A DNA stretch of 64,000 nt, from positions 4,466 through 68,465 of the forward strand of contig CAZMKZ010000002.1 of NCBI GenBank assembly GCA_964567185.1, in the 5' to 3' direction. Source of the DNA: an uncultured Thermodesulfobacteriota bacterium (lineage in GTDB: Bacteria; Desulfobacterota; GWC2-55-46; JADFVP01). Positions 49,679 through 60,551 of the stretch are shown one piece after another; within the stretch, counting starts at the first letter, position 1, and each line of letters opens with the position of its first letter. Below the pieces are notes generated by a model that worked only from the letters and a program-made list of their open reading frames with translations, did not search any database and was not told where the DNA came from. The translations under genes and the position numbers were made by a program.

Positions 49679-50176
49679 ATGAGAGTCATGAGATATGGCA
49701 GAAAAAAATCCATAGATACAGCAACAGATTCTTATCTCAACAAGATGAGCCTGAGAGATAATACGTCCTGCGGAGGTTGCGGCGCGCTTTATCATAACAA
49801 GAGATGGAGCCTCACCGTAACGGAAGTGCCTCTCCATAAAAAGACAACCATAGGCGGACTATGTCCGGCCTGCCAGAAGATCCGTGACGGCTTTGCCAGA
49901 GGTTTTGTCACTCTGGAAGGCGACTTTGTCAGGGCTCACAGCGAGGAGATCAGGCGCCTCATCCACAACAAGGAAAAACGCGCCATCTACCATAACCCCC
50001 TTGAGAGAATCATAAAGATAAAAGAGACAGAGGGGCGCATGGAGGTGACGACAACAACGGAAAAATTCGCCCAGAGGCTCGGGGCCATGATTAAAAAGGC
50101 CTATAAAGGAGAGCTTGAATACAAGTGGAGCGACGGTGTCAAGCTCGCCCGCGTAAGGTGGCACAGGGACTCGTGA
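49679..50176 (+). CDS. Zinc-ribbon protein of unknown function, 165 aa
   Basis: Two CxxC pairs (CGGCG, CPAC) then a basic helical domain. Its stop overlaps the next start as TGATG. Confidence 0.6.
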   Translation: MRVMRYGRKKSIDTATDSYLNKMSLRDNTSCGGCGALYHNKRWSLTVTEVPLHKKTTIGGLCPACQKIRDGFARGFVTLEGDFVRAHSEEIRRLIHNKEKRAIYHNPLERIIKIKETEGRMEVTTTTEKFAQRLGAMIKKAYKGELEYKWSDGVKLARVRWHRDS

Positions 50177-51186
50177 TGAGAGAGGCTCTTCTCTATAGCA
50201 AGAGGCCCGATGGAAGCGTGGACTGCGGCTTATGCGCCTTTCGCTGTCATATAAAGAAGGGCCGGCGCGGGATATGCGGCGTAAGGGAGAATAACGAGGG
50301 CGTCCTCAATACCCTTGTTTACGGTTCCCTTATTGCCAAAAACATTGACCCTGTTGAAAAAAAGCCCCTCTTCCACTTTCTTCCCGCCACCGAGACCTAC
50401 TCCATAGCCACGGCGGGGTGCAACTTCAGGTGTCTCCACTGCCAGAACTTCGAAATATCGCAGATAACCCGTGAGTCAGGGGAGATACCCGGCGTGGCGG
50501 CAACACCGGAGTCTGTGGTGAGCTCGGCCTTTAGCGCGGGGTGCGCCAGCGTCTCCTACACCTATACAGAGCCCACCATATTCTTCGAGTTTGCCCTTGA
50601 TACGGGTTTAAAGGCAAAGGAGGCAGGGCTGAAGAATATCTTCGTCACCAACGGATACATGACAGGTGAGTGCCTTGGCGCCTTGAAGGGCGTTCTGGAC
50701 GCCGCCAACGTGGATATAAAATCTTTTTCCGATGATTTTTACCGAAAGGTATGCGGGGCAAGGCTCGCACCTGTGCTTGACAGCATCGTAGAGATGCGGA
50801 GGCTCGGGATATGGGTGGAGGTGACTACCCTTATTATCCCAGGAAAAAACAGCTCCACTGAAGAGCTTCGCGAGATTGCGCGCTGGATATACAAGACAGA
50901 CAAGGCCATGCCCTGGCATATAAGCGCCTTTTATCCTACATATAAACTTCTGGACGCCCCGCCAACGAGCGCGCAAGACCTTGTAAGGGCCCGTGAGATA
51001 GGGCTGGCCGAGGGCCTCCGGTATGTATACACAGGCAATATACCCGGCCTCAAGGGCGAGTCCACATACTGCTACAACTGCCGCGCCCCCCTTATAGAGA
51101 GAAGGGGCTTCGGCATAGGCGAGGTCAGGCTTGAAGGCGCAAAGTGCCCGGATTGCGGCACCCTTATCGACGGGGTCTGGTCCTGA
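50176..51186 (+). CDS. AmmeMemoRadiSam-type radical SAM enzyme (PFL-activase-like)
   Basis: CNFRCLHCQN (a CxxxCxxC radical-SAM cluster), a characteristic N-terminus (RPDGSVDCGLCAFRC) and C-terminal CPDCG. The start was moved to the internal ATG at 50176. Confidence 0.8.
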   Translation: MREALLYSKRPDGSVDCGLCAFRCHIKKGRRGICGVRENNEGVLNTLVYGSLIAKNIDPVEKKPLFHFLPATETYSIATAGCNFRCLHCQNFEISQITRESGEIPGVAATPESVVSSAFSAGCASVSYTYTEPTIFFEFALDTGLKAKEAGLKNIFVTNGYMTGECLGALKGVLDAANVDIKSFSDDFYRKVCGARLAPVLDSIVEMRRLGIWVEVTTLIIPGKNSSTEELREIARWIYKTDKAMPWHISAFYPTYKLLDAPPTSAQDLVRAREIGLAEGLRYVYTGNIPGLKGESTYCYNCRAPLIERRGFGIGEVRLEGAKCPDCGTLIDGVWS

Positions 51187-51277
51187 TGCTCAAAAAACCA
51201 ACGTGGGCAGGCCACTTACCGCTTAAAAGGCCCCCCGCGCCTCGCGGCAAAACAAAAAAAACAAGGGAGGGGCCATA

Positions 51278-51586
51278 GTGATAGCCCAGTTCAGCGTCAT
51301 ACCCATTGGGGCCGGAGAGAGCCTTGGAGAATTTGTGGCCCTTATCCTGAAAAAAGTAGAGTGTAGCGGCCTGCCTTACAGCCTCAACGCCATGGGCACA
51401 GTGGTGGAGGGCCAATGGGACGAGGTAATGGCCCTTGTAAAGGAGTGCCGCGCCGAGGCCCTTAAAAAGACAGGACGCGTCTTTATCAATATGACAATTG
51501 ACGAGAGGCCCGCTAAACCCATGGACCGCATGACTGAAAAGGTGTGTTCCGTGAAAAAAAGGCTGGGAGGTGCGCTTAAGGCATAA
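51278..51586 (+). CDS. MTH1187/YkoF-family (DUF77) protein
   Basis: 102 aa, starting at GTG. Family pattern FSVIPIG...MGTVVEG. Confidence 0.75.
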   Translation: MIAQFSVIPIGAGESLGEFVALILKKVECSGLPYSLNAMGTVVEGQWDEVMALVKECRAEALKKTGRVFINMTIDERPAKPMDRMTEKVCSVKKRLGGALKA

Positions 51587-51635
51587 GCCCCTTTCATCCC
51601 CTGCCGCCCCCATTCAACTCATTCAACTACCCGAC

Positions 51636-51670
51636 AAAAAAAAGGGCCCCCATATGGGGGCCCTTTCGTA
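51636..51670. terminator. Bidirectional rho-independent terminator
   Basis: A gggccccc-atat-gggggccc stem, flanked by eight As on the 5' side and TTTCGT on the 3' side. It serves the plus-strand MTH1187 gene and the minus-strand carbonic anhydrase gene. Confidence 0.8.
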
Positions 51671-51696
51671 GTGCATATCATCTGAAGTTCTTTATT

Positions 51697-52497
51697 CTAT
51701 AACCCGGATGTGGTGATAACCCTGCCGTTAAGGGGCTGAACAGGCCTGTTATCGCCGTGCATTATCTCAGCGAATTCCTTGAGCTGATGACCTGAGAGAT
51801 GTACCTTATTCTTCATTACAAACCACTTTACCTCTTCGGTGCACGGAGGCGTGGTAAAAGAACCCGTGTAGTTGTAAAAAGACTTATTACGGGGCAGAAG
51901 GTCTTTTACGTTGACGGTGGCGCTGAGTTCCTTTTCCTCACCGGCCTCTTCGGGTAGATTCTTCCACATACCGGAGAATGCCTTGTTCTTTGCGCCCTTT
52001 TCTATGAGCACGCCCACAACGGCATAGCCGCCGTCTTTACTCTTATGGACAAGGTGCATCTCCATGGCAGAGTGCTTGCCGTTGACGGTGTGCTCGCTGG
52101 GGCCGTGAAAATGGAACTGCGCAAGGTCGTAACGCTTGCCGTTGACCTTTATGTAACTACCCTTGTCATAGACAACCTCGATGCTGTGCCCGTTATTTTC
52201 GATATTTATCTTCGTATCTCCGTAGTGCATCTCCAGCTTGTTCCGTGAGGTCCCGTGGGCGCCCTTTATGTCAATGGGAGACTGCATCTTGCCTTCTCCA
52301 CAGGCCTTGAACTTTTTACTCATCTCGCCCCAGTGCGCCGGGCCGTGCTCGCCCACGTAGCCCCAGTGCGCCTTATGCTTGGCGTGATGTCCCTCCTCGT
52401 GATGCTCTCCGGCAAAAGCCGGGACCGCCACAAGGGAGGCGACAAAGAACATCACGAGTAAAGCCGTCCAGTTAAAAAATCTCTTCTCGCCGTTCAT
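51697..52497 (-). CDS. Alpha-class carbonic anhydrase, secreted
   Basis: Signal peptide. Zinc His triad context (HFHGPSEHTVNGK...EMHLVH) and the SQSPIDI-like motif. Confidence 0.9.
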   Translation of the reverse strand: MNGEKRFFNWTALLVMFFVASLVAVPAFAGEHHEEGHHAKHKAHWGYVGEHGPAHWGEMSKKFKACGEGKMQSPIDIKGAHGTSRNKLEMHYGDTKINIENNGHSIEVVYDKGSYIKVNGKRYDLAQFHFHGPSEHTVNGKHSAMEMHLVHKSKDGGYAVVGVLIEKGAKNKAFSGMWKNLPEEAGEEKELSATVNVKDLLPRNKSFYNYTGSFTTPPCTEEVKWFVMKNKVHLSGHQLKEFAEIMHGDNRPVQPLNGRVITTSGL

Positions 52498-52579
52498 GTC
52501 AGACTCCTTGATAGTGGTTTAACTGCTTTCAGGGCGCCACGATAACCGGGGGCCGCTTTACATGCCGGGATACCTTCTC

Positions 52580-53068
52580 TTACCCGTCACCCTCTTTGAG
52601 AAGATCGTGGAGGGTCTTAAAACCCGTAATAACATACTCCTTAAGCCCGGTGGGGAGCTTTACCGTTACCTCATCTTCTACCTTCTTGCCCATCATGGCC
52701 CTCCCGATAGGGCTTGCCACGGAAATCTTTCCGTTACGCGCGTCAACCTCCTCGGGGGTGACGAGATAGTAGGTCTTAAGCTCGCCGGAGTTCATATCCT
52801 CAAGCTCTACGCGCGATCCGAAGCCAACGGAATGAGCGGGGATGCTGGAAATCTTAAGGGCGGAGAGGGAATTTATCCTGTCCGCAAGATGCGCGGCCCT
52901 TGCCTCCAGAAAGACCTTGCGCTCCTTTGCCGCGTCGTACTCGGCGTTCTCGCTGAGGTCGCCGTGGGCCGCGGCAATGCGAAGCTCCCTGGGGACATCG
53001 AAGCGCAGCTCCCTCTCAACCTTCTTGAGCTCTTCCTCCAACTCTTTTACAATGGGCAAATTACGCAT
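52580..53068 (-). CDS. greA: Transcription elongation factor GreA
   Basis: Coiled-coil N-domain and FKBP-like C-domain. 162 aa. Confidence 0.93.
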   Translation of the reverse strand: MRNLPIVKELEEELKKVERELRFDVPRELRIAAAHGDLSENAEYDAAKERKVFLEARAAHLADRINSLSALKISSIPAHSVGFGSRVELEDMNSGELKTYYLVTPEEVDARNGKISVASPIGRAMMGKKVEDEVTVKLPTGLKEYVITGFKTLHDLLKEGDG

Positions 53069-53087
53069 AGGCTTATCCTTACCGGTG

Positions 53088-53193
53088 TGCTTTGTCTTGG
53101 TTTCTTTATCAGGGGACTACGTGGGCGCAAGGTGCAAGTTCAAAGGTCTTGAGCCTTATCCCCCTACTGGTTTTCTTTGTCTTGGTTTCTTTT
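53088..53193. repeat. Two copies of the 18-nt direct repeat ctttgtcttggtttcttt, about 85 nt apart
   Basis: Copies at 53090-53107 and 53175-53192, spanning the greA 5' region and the rlmD 3' end. Confidence 0.6.
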
Positions 53194-54493
53194 TTCCAAA
53201 AGAAAGTAAGGCCACACCCTCAATATGACCGGTCTGGGGGAATAAATCTATCATAGAGGCCCGCATGACCTCATACCCGGCCCCTGCGAGTATCTTCATA
53301 TCTCTGGCCATTGTGGGAGGAGCGCACGAGACATATACTATACGCCTCGGCCTCAACCTGCCAAGCCATTCAATGGCCACACTGTCGCCTCCACGCGGGG
53401 GGTCTAATACTACCATATCAATAGAAGCGGTTTCAAGGGTTTTGAAGTTCTCCTCAAGCCACTTCCCGGCCTCCATGGTAAAGAACTCTACGCCGTCAAG
53501 GGCCTCGCCATGAGACTTTGCCGAGCGCATGGCAGAGGCTATGGCCGCCCTGTCCGAGTCCACGGCAAATACACGTCCCGCGGCACGTCCAAGGTGAAGG
53601 GTAAGGTTGCCGGCGCCGGAAAAAAGCTCCACTACGGTCTCACTGCCCTTTAAGGAGGCGTACTCAAGGACCCGCTCTATGAGCCTCTCATTTTGCCCCC
53701 TGTTTATCTGAGAAAAGGAACTTACCTGTGAACTCATACTTACCCCGGCGGTATCATAACAGAGCTCCGTCTCACCGACGCGGTAATCCTTCCGGCCCCT
53801 TGCCCGCCCCGGGACATAAGAGACCTCAAGGCCCTTTAGCCCATCTACGGCATCAAGGAGGGCCTTCCACGGCACCCCCTTGCAGGGGCGCCTTAAGACA
53901 AAAGATGCCACAACACGATTGTCCGCAGTGCTAACCCCTAACTCAAGCGAACTTAGCGCCCCCTGCAGTGGATGCATCACCTCTTCATCCGCCATAAGGG
54001 CCCTTATCCGGGCAAAGGCCCTGTTGATAAGAGGGTCCACGATGGGGCACTCGGATATATCCACGACATCCACGCTGTGTCTCCTGAAAAAACCCCACCT
54101 CCCGCCCTTTATCTGAAACCTCGCCTTTGAGCGGTAATGGTATTGCTTCGCGCAGGGCTGGGGCGGGTCCAGCGGCGGTAGACTGAGCCCGCCTATCCTC
54201 TTTAGGGTCTCGCGGAATATCTCTTGCTTCCAGAATACCTGGTCATCATAGCGGATATGCTGGAGGTCACAGCCCCCGCAGGTCCCGTAAACAGCGCATG
54301 GGGGCTCAACGCGAAGAGCAGAGGGCTCTATGATACCCGCGAGCCTGCCATCGGCGTAGCGTTTTTTCTCTTTCAGGATTTCCACCTCCACAACATCGCC
54401 GGGCGCGGTAAAGGGGACAAAGACCACGTGGCCCGAATCCCGGCCAAGGCCGGCCCCGCCATAGGCAAGAGCGGTTATCTCGATGGTAATCAC
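53156..54493 (-). CDS. rlmD: 23S rRNA (uracil-C5)-methyltransferase RlmD/RumA
   Basis: TRAM domain, 4Fe-4S Cys cluster (CAVYGTCGGCDLQH), and a SAM MTase fold. Confidence 0.88.
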   Translation of the reverse strand: MITIEITALAYGGAGLGRDSGHVVFVPFTAPGDVVEVEILKEKKRYADGRLAGIIEPSALRVEPPCAVYGTCGGCDLQHIRYDDQVFWKQEIFRETLKRIGGLSLPPLDPPQPCAKQYHYRSKARFQIKGGRWGFFRRHSVDVVDISECPIVDPLINRAFARIRALMADEEVMHPLQGALSSLELGVSTADNRVVASFVLRRPCKGVPWKALLDAVDGLKGLEVSYVPGRARGRKDYRVGETELCYDTAGVSMSSQVSSFSQINRGQNERLIERVLEYASLKGSETVVELFSGAGNLTLHLGRAAGRVFAVDSDRAAIASAMRSAKSHGEALDGVEFFTMEAGKWLEENFKTLETASIDMVVLDPPRGGDSVAIEWLGRLRPRRIVYVSCAPPTMARDMKILAGAGYEVMRASMIDLFPQTGHIEGVALLSFGKKKPRQRKPVGG

Positions 54494-55092
54494 CTGTTGA
54501 CCTCGCGTGAGAGGCCCTCAAGGGCCATCTCGTGAATTCTTTTGAGGAGGTCTGCCTTGCCAAGGCCGCTTGCGGCCGAAAAGACCACGGGGTTATGGCC
54601 GGGCAGAAGCGTCCCTATCTCGCGCGCCTTAACCGCCCTGCGCGAGCGGGAGAACTTATCGGCCTTGGTAAGGACCGTAAGAAGGGGTATCTTAAGGGCC
54701 GTGAGCCAGTTGTAGAGCCCCTGCTCCGCATCACCGGGGGTCCGCCTTATATCAAGGACAATGATGGCCCCGGCCACATTACGGCCCGAATCCATGTACT
54801 GCTCCACCATGGGACCCCAGGCCTTTTTCACATCGCGGGGCACCTTTGCGTAGCCGAAACCCGGCAGGTCCACGAGAAAAAAACCGTTGTTAATCCTGTA
54901 AAAGTTCACGGTCTGCGTCTTACCCGGCGTAGAGCTTGTGCGGGCGAGCTTTTTCCTGTTTACCAGCTTGTTTATGAGGGAAGATTTACCTACGTTGCTT
55001 CTTCCGATAAGGACTATCTCAGGCAAACCCGCCGCTGGGTAGTCTTTTTTCCCCACAGCCGAGGCCGTAAACTCGGCCTTTGTAATTTTCAT
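54490..55092 (-). CDS. engB: Ribosome biogenesis GTPase EngB/YihA
   Basis: GRSNVGKSSLIN G1 motif. 200 aa. Confidence 0.92.
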   Translation of the reverse strand: MKITKAEFTASAVGKKDYPAAGLPEIVLIGRSNVGKSSLINKLVNRKKLARTSSTPGKTQTVNFYRINNGFFLVDLPGFGYAKVPRDVKKAWGPMVEQYMDSGRNVAGAIIVLDIRRTPGDAEQGLYNWLTALKIPLLTVLTKADKFSRSRRAVKAREIGTLLPGHNPVVFSAASGLGKADLLKRIHEMALEGLSREVNR

Positions 55093-55143
55093 GATTTTTT
55101 CTTCAGCTCTTCAGGGTGTAATGGGCGCAGACGTCTGGAAAAA

Positions 55144-55503
55144 TTAAAAGTCACGAGGCTCGTCATCTATGGTCTTTATCTCCGGCAGGTCCCTTTCCCT
55201 CACAACCCTCTCCCCGTTAGTCTCCATCATCTTTTCAAGCAGGGCGTTCGTTTTTTTCTGTTCGGCGATGCATTGCCTGAGCAGTCTTTTAAGGCCGAAG
55301 ACGGAGAAGGGCATGATTATCCAGAGCACAAAGACGAGGGCCCCAAGGGCCAGGACAAAAAATACGAATATCGTGAGAAGGACGGGTATGCTCTCACCCT
55401 GAGAGTATAGAAAATAGGCGCCCTGATCGTGAGTCCAGAGGGCGGGCATGATGTTTGAAAGGGCCTTAATCACCACGGCAGAACCTCTCATAAAGCCCCT
55501 CAA
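55144..55503 (-). CDS. Small membrane protein of unknown function
   Basis: One strongly hydrophobic TM segment. The ORF overlaps the hisS 3' end, so the real start is probably the internal Met. Confidence 0.4.
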   Translation of the reverse strand: MRGFMRGSAVVIKALSNIMPALWTHDQGAYFLYSQGESIPVLLTIFVFFVLALGALVFVLWIIMPFSVFGLKRLLRQCIAEQKKTNALLEKMMETNGERVVRERDLPEIKTIDDEPRDF

Positions 55504-56710
55504 GGGGCACCTTTTCCTGAATGGCGGAGGCCATGTCCTTTACGGCGGCCACGCCATCTGTAAGCTCGTCGTCGCCGATGATGACAGTCCAGCGCGCCCC
55601 GAGCTTATCGGCCCTCTTCATCCTCTTTTTAAGGGCAGTCTCGGAAAAGTCCTCTATCACCCTCATGCCCTTCTCACGAAGTCCACTGATAAGCCCAAGG
55701 GCGCGCGCCCTCGCCTCGGCGCCAAGGGTTAAAAAAACCACAAGGGGAGCGGGGCTAAGAACACCGGCGTCTTTTATGAGCATGACAAGCCTCTCAAGGC
55801 CGATGGCAAAACCGATGCAGGGCGTATCAGGGCCGCCAAGCTCCTTTACAAGAGCGTCATAACGGCCCCCGGCGGCAACGGTATTTTGCGAGCCAAGGCC
55901 CTCGGCCACTATCTCAAAGGTAGTCTTCGTGTAATAATCAAGGCCCCGCACCATGCGGGGGTTGATCGTAAAGGGGACCTTCAGCATGGAAAGAGCTACG
56001 CGCACCTCCTCGAAGTGAGCGGAGCAAGACCCGCAGAGCGAGTCCACTATGGAGGGGGCCTCCCCTGTGGCGGTAACGCATCCAGGGACCTTGCAGTCAA
56101 GGGCACGTAGCGGGTTAAACTCCATGCGCCTTACACAGTCAGAGCAGAGCGTTGGTTTTTTTTCAAGGAGGAATGAGTAAAGGCTATCCCTGTACCCGGG
56201 CCTGCACTCCGCACAGCCAAGGGAGTTTATCTGAAGGGAGACGTGCTTCAGGCCGAGGCGGGCAAGATAGCGCGTAAGCATCTCGAGCATCTCGGCCTCG
56301 GCGCGGGGGCTCGCATCGCCGAGCACCTCGGCCCCTATCTGATAAAATTGTCTGTATCTGCCCTTCTGCGGCCTCTCATAACGAAACATGGGCCCCATGT
56401 AGTATATCTTCTGCAGGGGCACATCAGAAAGCCTGCGCTCTATGTAGGCCCTTACCACCGATGCCGTGCCCTCCGGGCGCAGCGTTAGTGAAGAGCCCCG
56501 CCTGTCGGCGAAGGTATACATCTCCTTCTCAACTATGTCCGTTGTCTGCCCTATTGAACGGGAGAAGAGCTCCGTCCTCTCCACCACGGGTATCTTCATG
56601 AGTTCAAAGCCGTAGGCAGCAAAGAGGCTTGCGGCCTCGTCCTCCACGGCCCTCCAGAGAAAGCCCTCAGAGGGCAGTATGTCATTAAAACCCCTAACCG
56701 CCTTTATCAT
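55466..56710 (-). CDS. hisS: Histidine--tRNA ligase
   Basis: Class II aaRS motifs and a HisRS anticodon-binding C-domain. Confidence 0.93.
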   Translation of the reverse strand: MIKAVRGFNDILPSEGFLWRAVEDEAASLFAAYGFELMKIPVVERTELFSRSIGQTTDIVEKEMYTFADRRGSSLTLRPEGTASVVRAYIERRLSDVPLQKIYYMGPMFRYERPQKGRYRQFYQIGAEVLGDASPRAEAEMLEMLTRYLARLGLKHVSLQINSLGCAECRPGYRDSLYSFLLEKKPTLCSDCVRRMEFNPLRALDCKVPGCVTATGEAPSIVDSLCGSCSAHFEEVRVALSMLKVPFTINPRMVRGLDYYTKTTFEIVAEGLGSQNTVAAGGRYDALVKELGGPDTPCIGFAIGLERLVMLIKDAGVLSPAPLVVFLTLGAEARARALGLISGLREKGMRVIEDFSETALKKRMKRADKLGARWTVIIGDDELTDGVAAVKDMASAIQEKVPLEGLYERFCRGD

Positions 56711-56889
56711 TATTATCAGCGCCCCTAAATAGTATTTTGATAAAAATTTTTAACATATCCACTGCCTTTATGCAAGGACGCCCCGCCCCGGCGGCAGAGG
56801 CTTCATGCTTAGCAGAGAGCTTTTCTGTTGACTTGAAAGCCCCTATAAAGTATTTTTTTACGATAACCCTTCAAAAAGGAGACCTTCCG

Positions 56890-58896
56890 ATGAGTGAAGA
56901 CAAGACAATGCAAGACGAAGGTATAGACGTTCTTTCGCATGAAAAGAGGCTTTTTCCGCCGACTCGGGCCATCTCTGAAAAGGCATACATAAAAGGCCCC
57001 GAAGAGTACGAGGCCCTTTACAACGAATCCATATCAGACCCCGAGGGCTTCTGGGCGAGGATGGCCGAAGAGCACCTTCACTGGGATAAAAAGTGGGATA
57101 AGGTCCTTGAGTATGACTTTAATGAACCGAGCGTAAAGTGGTTTATTAACGGCCGGCTTAACGCCTCGTACAACTGCCTTGACAGGCATCTTTCGTCATG
57201 GAGGCGCAACAAGGCCGCCATAATATGGGAGGGCGACGACGGCTCGTACAAGACATACACGTATCAGGAGCTACACTTTGAAGTAAACCGCTTTGCCAAT
57301 GTCCTGCAGGCCAAGGGCATAAAAAAAGGCGACCGTATCACCATATATCTGCCAATGATACCGGAGCTCGCCATAGCCATGCTCGCCGCGGCGAGGATCG
57401 GGGCCGTGCATAGCGTGGTCTTCGGCGGTTTCAGCGCGTCTTCGCTTGCCGAGAGGATTATTGATTCCGGCTCGTCTCTACTTATAACCTCTGATGAGGG
57501 GGTTCGCGGCGGAAAGCACATAGCCATGAAAAAACACGCCGATGAGGCCCTTCTTTCCTCTCACAATGTAAAAGACGTCATAGTGGTAAGAAGGACGGGC
57601 GGCGAGGTCCCCATGCAGGAAGGCCGCGACACGTGGTGGCATGACGAGGTCTCGGCACCGGGCATGAGACGCGCCTGCGCCCCCCTTGCCATGGACTCCG
57701 AAGACACCCTCTTCATACTCTACACGAGCGGCTCCACGGGAAAACCCAAGGGCGTGATTCACACAACGGGCGGGTACCTCCTCTACACGTCCCTCACCTT
57801 CAAGTGGATATTCGACTACAAGGAAGAGGACATATTCTTCTGCACCGCCGACATCGGCTGGATAACGGGGCACAGCTACATCGTATACGGCCCCCTTGCC
57901 TGCGGCGCAACGACGCTCATGTTCGAGGGTGTTCCCACATACCCCGGACCCGACAGGTTCTGGGAGATAGTGGAAAAATTCAAGATAAACATCTTCTACA
58001 CGGCCCCTACGGCCATAAGGGCGCTAATGAGGCACGGCTCCGCCCCGGTTGAGGCTCATGATCTATCGAGCCTCAAGCTCCTGGGCTCCGTGGGCGAGCC
58101 CATCAACCCCGAGGCATGGATGTGGTATCACAGCGTTGTGGGCGCCTCGAAGATACCCGTAATCGACACCTGGTGGCAGACCGAGACGGGCGGTATACTA
58201 ATAACTCCTCTACCCGGGGCCACGACGCTTAAGCCGGGTTCGGCGACAAGGCCCTTTTTCGGCGTACTGCCAAAGGCCCTTAAGGCAGACGGGACCGCGG
58301 CCAAGACCAACGAGGGCGGATGGCTTGTCATAGAAAAACCCTGGCCGGGCATGCTCCGGGGCATGTATGGAGACGAGGATAACAAACGCTTCAAGGATAC
58401 CTATTTTTCCATGTTTCCGGGCTGTTATCTAAGCGGCGACGGCGCGCGGCAGGACGAGGACGGGGACTGGTGGCTCATGGGCAGGATAGACGACGTGCTT
58501 AACGTCTCCGGGCACAGGCTCGGCACGGCGGAGATAGAGAGCGCGCTGGTATCTCACCCTCTGGTGGCCGAGGCCGCCGTGGTGGGCTACACTCACGAGG
58601 TAAAAGGCGAAGGCATATACGCCTTCGTAGTCCTTACAGAAGATGCCGATGGAGATGAGGGGCTGAAGAAGGAGCTTATAAAACATGTGGGGATAGAGAT
58701 AAGCCCCATCGCGAGACCGGATAAACTCCAGTTCGCGTTGGGGCTACCTAAGACCAGAAGCGGTAAGATAATGAGAAGGATACTGAGACAGATTGCGAGG
58801 GGCCGCACAGATGACCTTGGCGATACATCCACTCTTGCTGACCCGAGTATCGTTACAACGCTTGTTGAGGGCTCGCAGGCCGCTCAATCAAAATGA
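56890..58896 (+). CDS. acs: Acetyl-CoA synthetase (AMP-forming)
   Basis: [14 protein letters not shown]-binding motif and the acs-type N-terminus. The start was trimmed to MSEDKT. Confidence 0.93.
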   Translation: MSEDKTMQDEGIDVLSHEKRLFPPTRAISEKAYIKGPEEYEALYNESISDPEGFWARMAEEHLHWDKKWDKVLEYDFNEPSVKWFINGRLNASYNCLDRHLSSWRRNKAAIIWEGDDGSYKTYTYQELHFEVNRFANVLQAKGIKKGDRITIYLPMIPELAIAMLAAARIGAVHSVVFGGFSASSLAERIIDSGSSLLITSDEGVRGGKHIAMKKHADEALLSSHNVKDVIVVRRTGGEVPMQEGRDTWWHDEVSAPGMRRACAPLAMDSEDTLFILYTSGSTGKPKGVIHTTGGYLLYTSLTFKWIFDYKEEDIFFCTADIGWITGHSYIVYGPLACGATTLMFEGVPTYPGPDRFWEIVEKFKINIFYTAPTAIRALMRHGSAPVEAHDLSSLKLLGSVGEPINPEAWMWYHSVVGASKIPVIDTWWQTETGGILITPLPGATTLKPGSATRPFFGVLPKALKADGTAAKTNEGGWLVIEKPWPGMLRGMYGDEDNKRFKDTYFSMFPGCYLSGDGARQDEDGDWWLMGRIDDVLNVSGHRLGTAEIESALVSHPLVAEAAVVGYTHEVKGEGIYAFVVLTEDADGDEGLKKELIKHVGIEISPIARPDKLQFALGLPKTRSGKIMRRILRQIARGRTDDLGDTSTLADPSIVTTLVEGSQAAQSK

Positions 58897-59090
58897 CGCC
58901 TTGATGACTTTTTCAGGGCCTTGGCGCGGCGCTTTGCCGCTTCCTGACGCTTTCTCTTTTTCTTTACGCTTGGTTTTTCATAAAACCTTCTCTTCTTTAT
59001 CTCCTTGAAGGTTCCGTCCTGGGCCAGTTTGCGCTTGAGTATCCTGATGGCTTTTTCAAGCTGGCCTTCATAAACCTTAACCTCTGACAA
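58884..59090 (-). CDS. rpsU: 30S ribosomal protein S21
   Basis: 68 aa with a highly basic C-terminus and a typical S21 sequence. Confidence 0.92.
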   Translation of the reverse strand: MSEVKVYEGQLEKAIRILKRKLAQDGTFKEIKKRRFYEKPSVKKKRKRQEAAKRRAKALKKSSRRHFD

Positions 59091-59454
59091 GAAATAACAC
59101 CCCCTCTACAAAAAAATTTTCTTTTTACCATATATTGTTCGGTCCCTCTGCCGCACCTTACGCAGCGGACCCGAGACCGCTAAATCAAAACAATCTTATC
59201 GTCCGAGTGGCCCAAAAAAGACCTGCACCCCGCCTTCCACCCGACAATTGCTCTACAACAGACCTTATCACTGTTGGCGTTGATAAGCCCCATTCGCCCG
59301 GCTCATACCCACTGCCCGGCCCCGGGGAAAGATGGTGATTATAACAGAAAAAGGTTATAAGTCAAAATATTTAAAGGTTCTGTTACCTGAATCCTCAAAA
59401 AAGCAGATAACAGAGCAAGACCCTGCTGTCGAAGCGTAAGACATGCTCTACGGG

Positions 59455-59494
59455 GGTATAAAAAGACCTGCCCTGTTTTTCATAAGGCAGGTCT
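59455..59494 (-). terminator. Rho-independent terminator of the cytochrome gene
   Basis: A 9-bp stem (agacctgcc / ggcaggtct) with a 13-nt loop, followed on the minus strand by TTTTTAT. Confidence 0.75.
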
Positions 59495-59525
59495 TGATTC
59501 AATCACCCTCAGGGGTGAATAATTT

Positions 59526-60551
59526 TTATTTATCGTGACAGGTTCTGCAGACTCCGCTACCGGTATTGCCGCCAACCCTTCTAAGGAAAAAGCCGTCAAC
59601 GCAATCCTCGCCGCTGCACCAGAACTGAAAAGAGGCTCCGTTCGAGTGATTGGCATACTGGTATGTGCTGTCCACCTCATCGTAGCTGAGGTTACGGAAG
59701 TGCGGGTCGTGGCATGAACTGCACTCCACCTTGTTGTTCCTCAAGAGAGAGCCTATGGTAGCCGTGCTTGAGATAAAGCCCGATACGGCCCAACGGTTCT
59801 GCGAGAGGTTGTTAACAAAAAAAGGCGTTGTATTAAGAAGGCCGGCAGAGAGGTCGATATTGCCTATTACTGTGCTCGTAGGCCTGAGGCTCGCCTTTGA
59901 TGAGGCCGAGTAAGGTATGGAAACGGGGTGGTCGTTTGAAAGGTCAACTCCAATATTGAGGCTCTGCACCGTATCTCCGGTGGCAAACGACGGACTTGCG
60001 CCATGGCATGTAAGACAACTGGTGGGGCTTGTAGGTGTATTAGTATTAAAATGGTCAAAATCAGTGCTTTGATAAGTAGTACCCGGCATGCTGAAGGACC
60101 AGTTCTGGTCTGCGCCTCCCGGCACAACGCCGCCCTTACCCGGGGCGTTTACAAGGCTATCGAAGGTAGTGACGCCGTCATGACAGCTCAGGCAGGCCAG
60201 TGTTGCCCCTCCGAGGTCGGCGCTATTAACGTTGGTTCCGGCTATGGTGGAACCATAGCCGATATAGCTTGATGAGTTGGCAGTAGACCTGTTCCAGAGA
60301 GGGGCTGCCGTTGTATTGGAATGATGGGGAGTATGACAAAAGATACATACCTGAGTAGTGGCGCCTGTCCTTAAAACCCTGCCGAATTTGCCAAGGTTGT
60401 GCCTTGACATCAGGATGCCATTGGCCACTACGCCATCCGGATAATCGGACACCGTGGTAGCCGCCGATGAGATACCCGGCCCTAAAAACACTACGGCCGT
60501 AAGCACCGCTATGGTTGTCAATAATAATCTTTTCATAATATTATCCCCCAC
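59526..60551 (-). CDS. Secreted pentahaem c-type cytochrome
   Basis: Signal peptide plus five CxxCH motifs (CIFCH, CLSCH, CLTCH, CSSCH, CRTCH). Confidence 0.85.
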   Translation of the reverse strand: MGDNIMKRLLLTTIAVLTAVVFLGPGISSAATTVSDYPDGVVANGILMSRHNLGKFGRVLRTGATTQVCIFCHTPHHSNTTAAPLWNRSTANSSSYIGYGSTIAGTNVNSADLGGATLACLSCHDGVTTFDSLVNAPGKGGVVPGGADQNWSFSMPGTTYQSTDFDHFNTNTPTSPTSCLTCHGASPSFATGDTVQSLNIGVDLSNDHPVSIPYSASSKASLRPTSTVIGNIDLSAGLLNTTPFFVNNLSQNRWAVSGFISSTATIGSLLRNNKVECSSCHDPHFRNLSYDEVDSTYQYANHSNGASFQFWCSGEDCVDGFFLRRVGGNTGSGVCRTCHDK

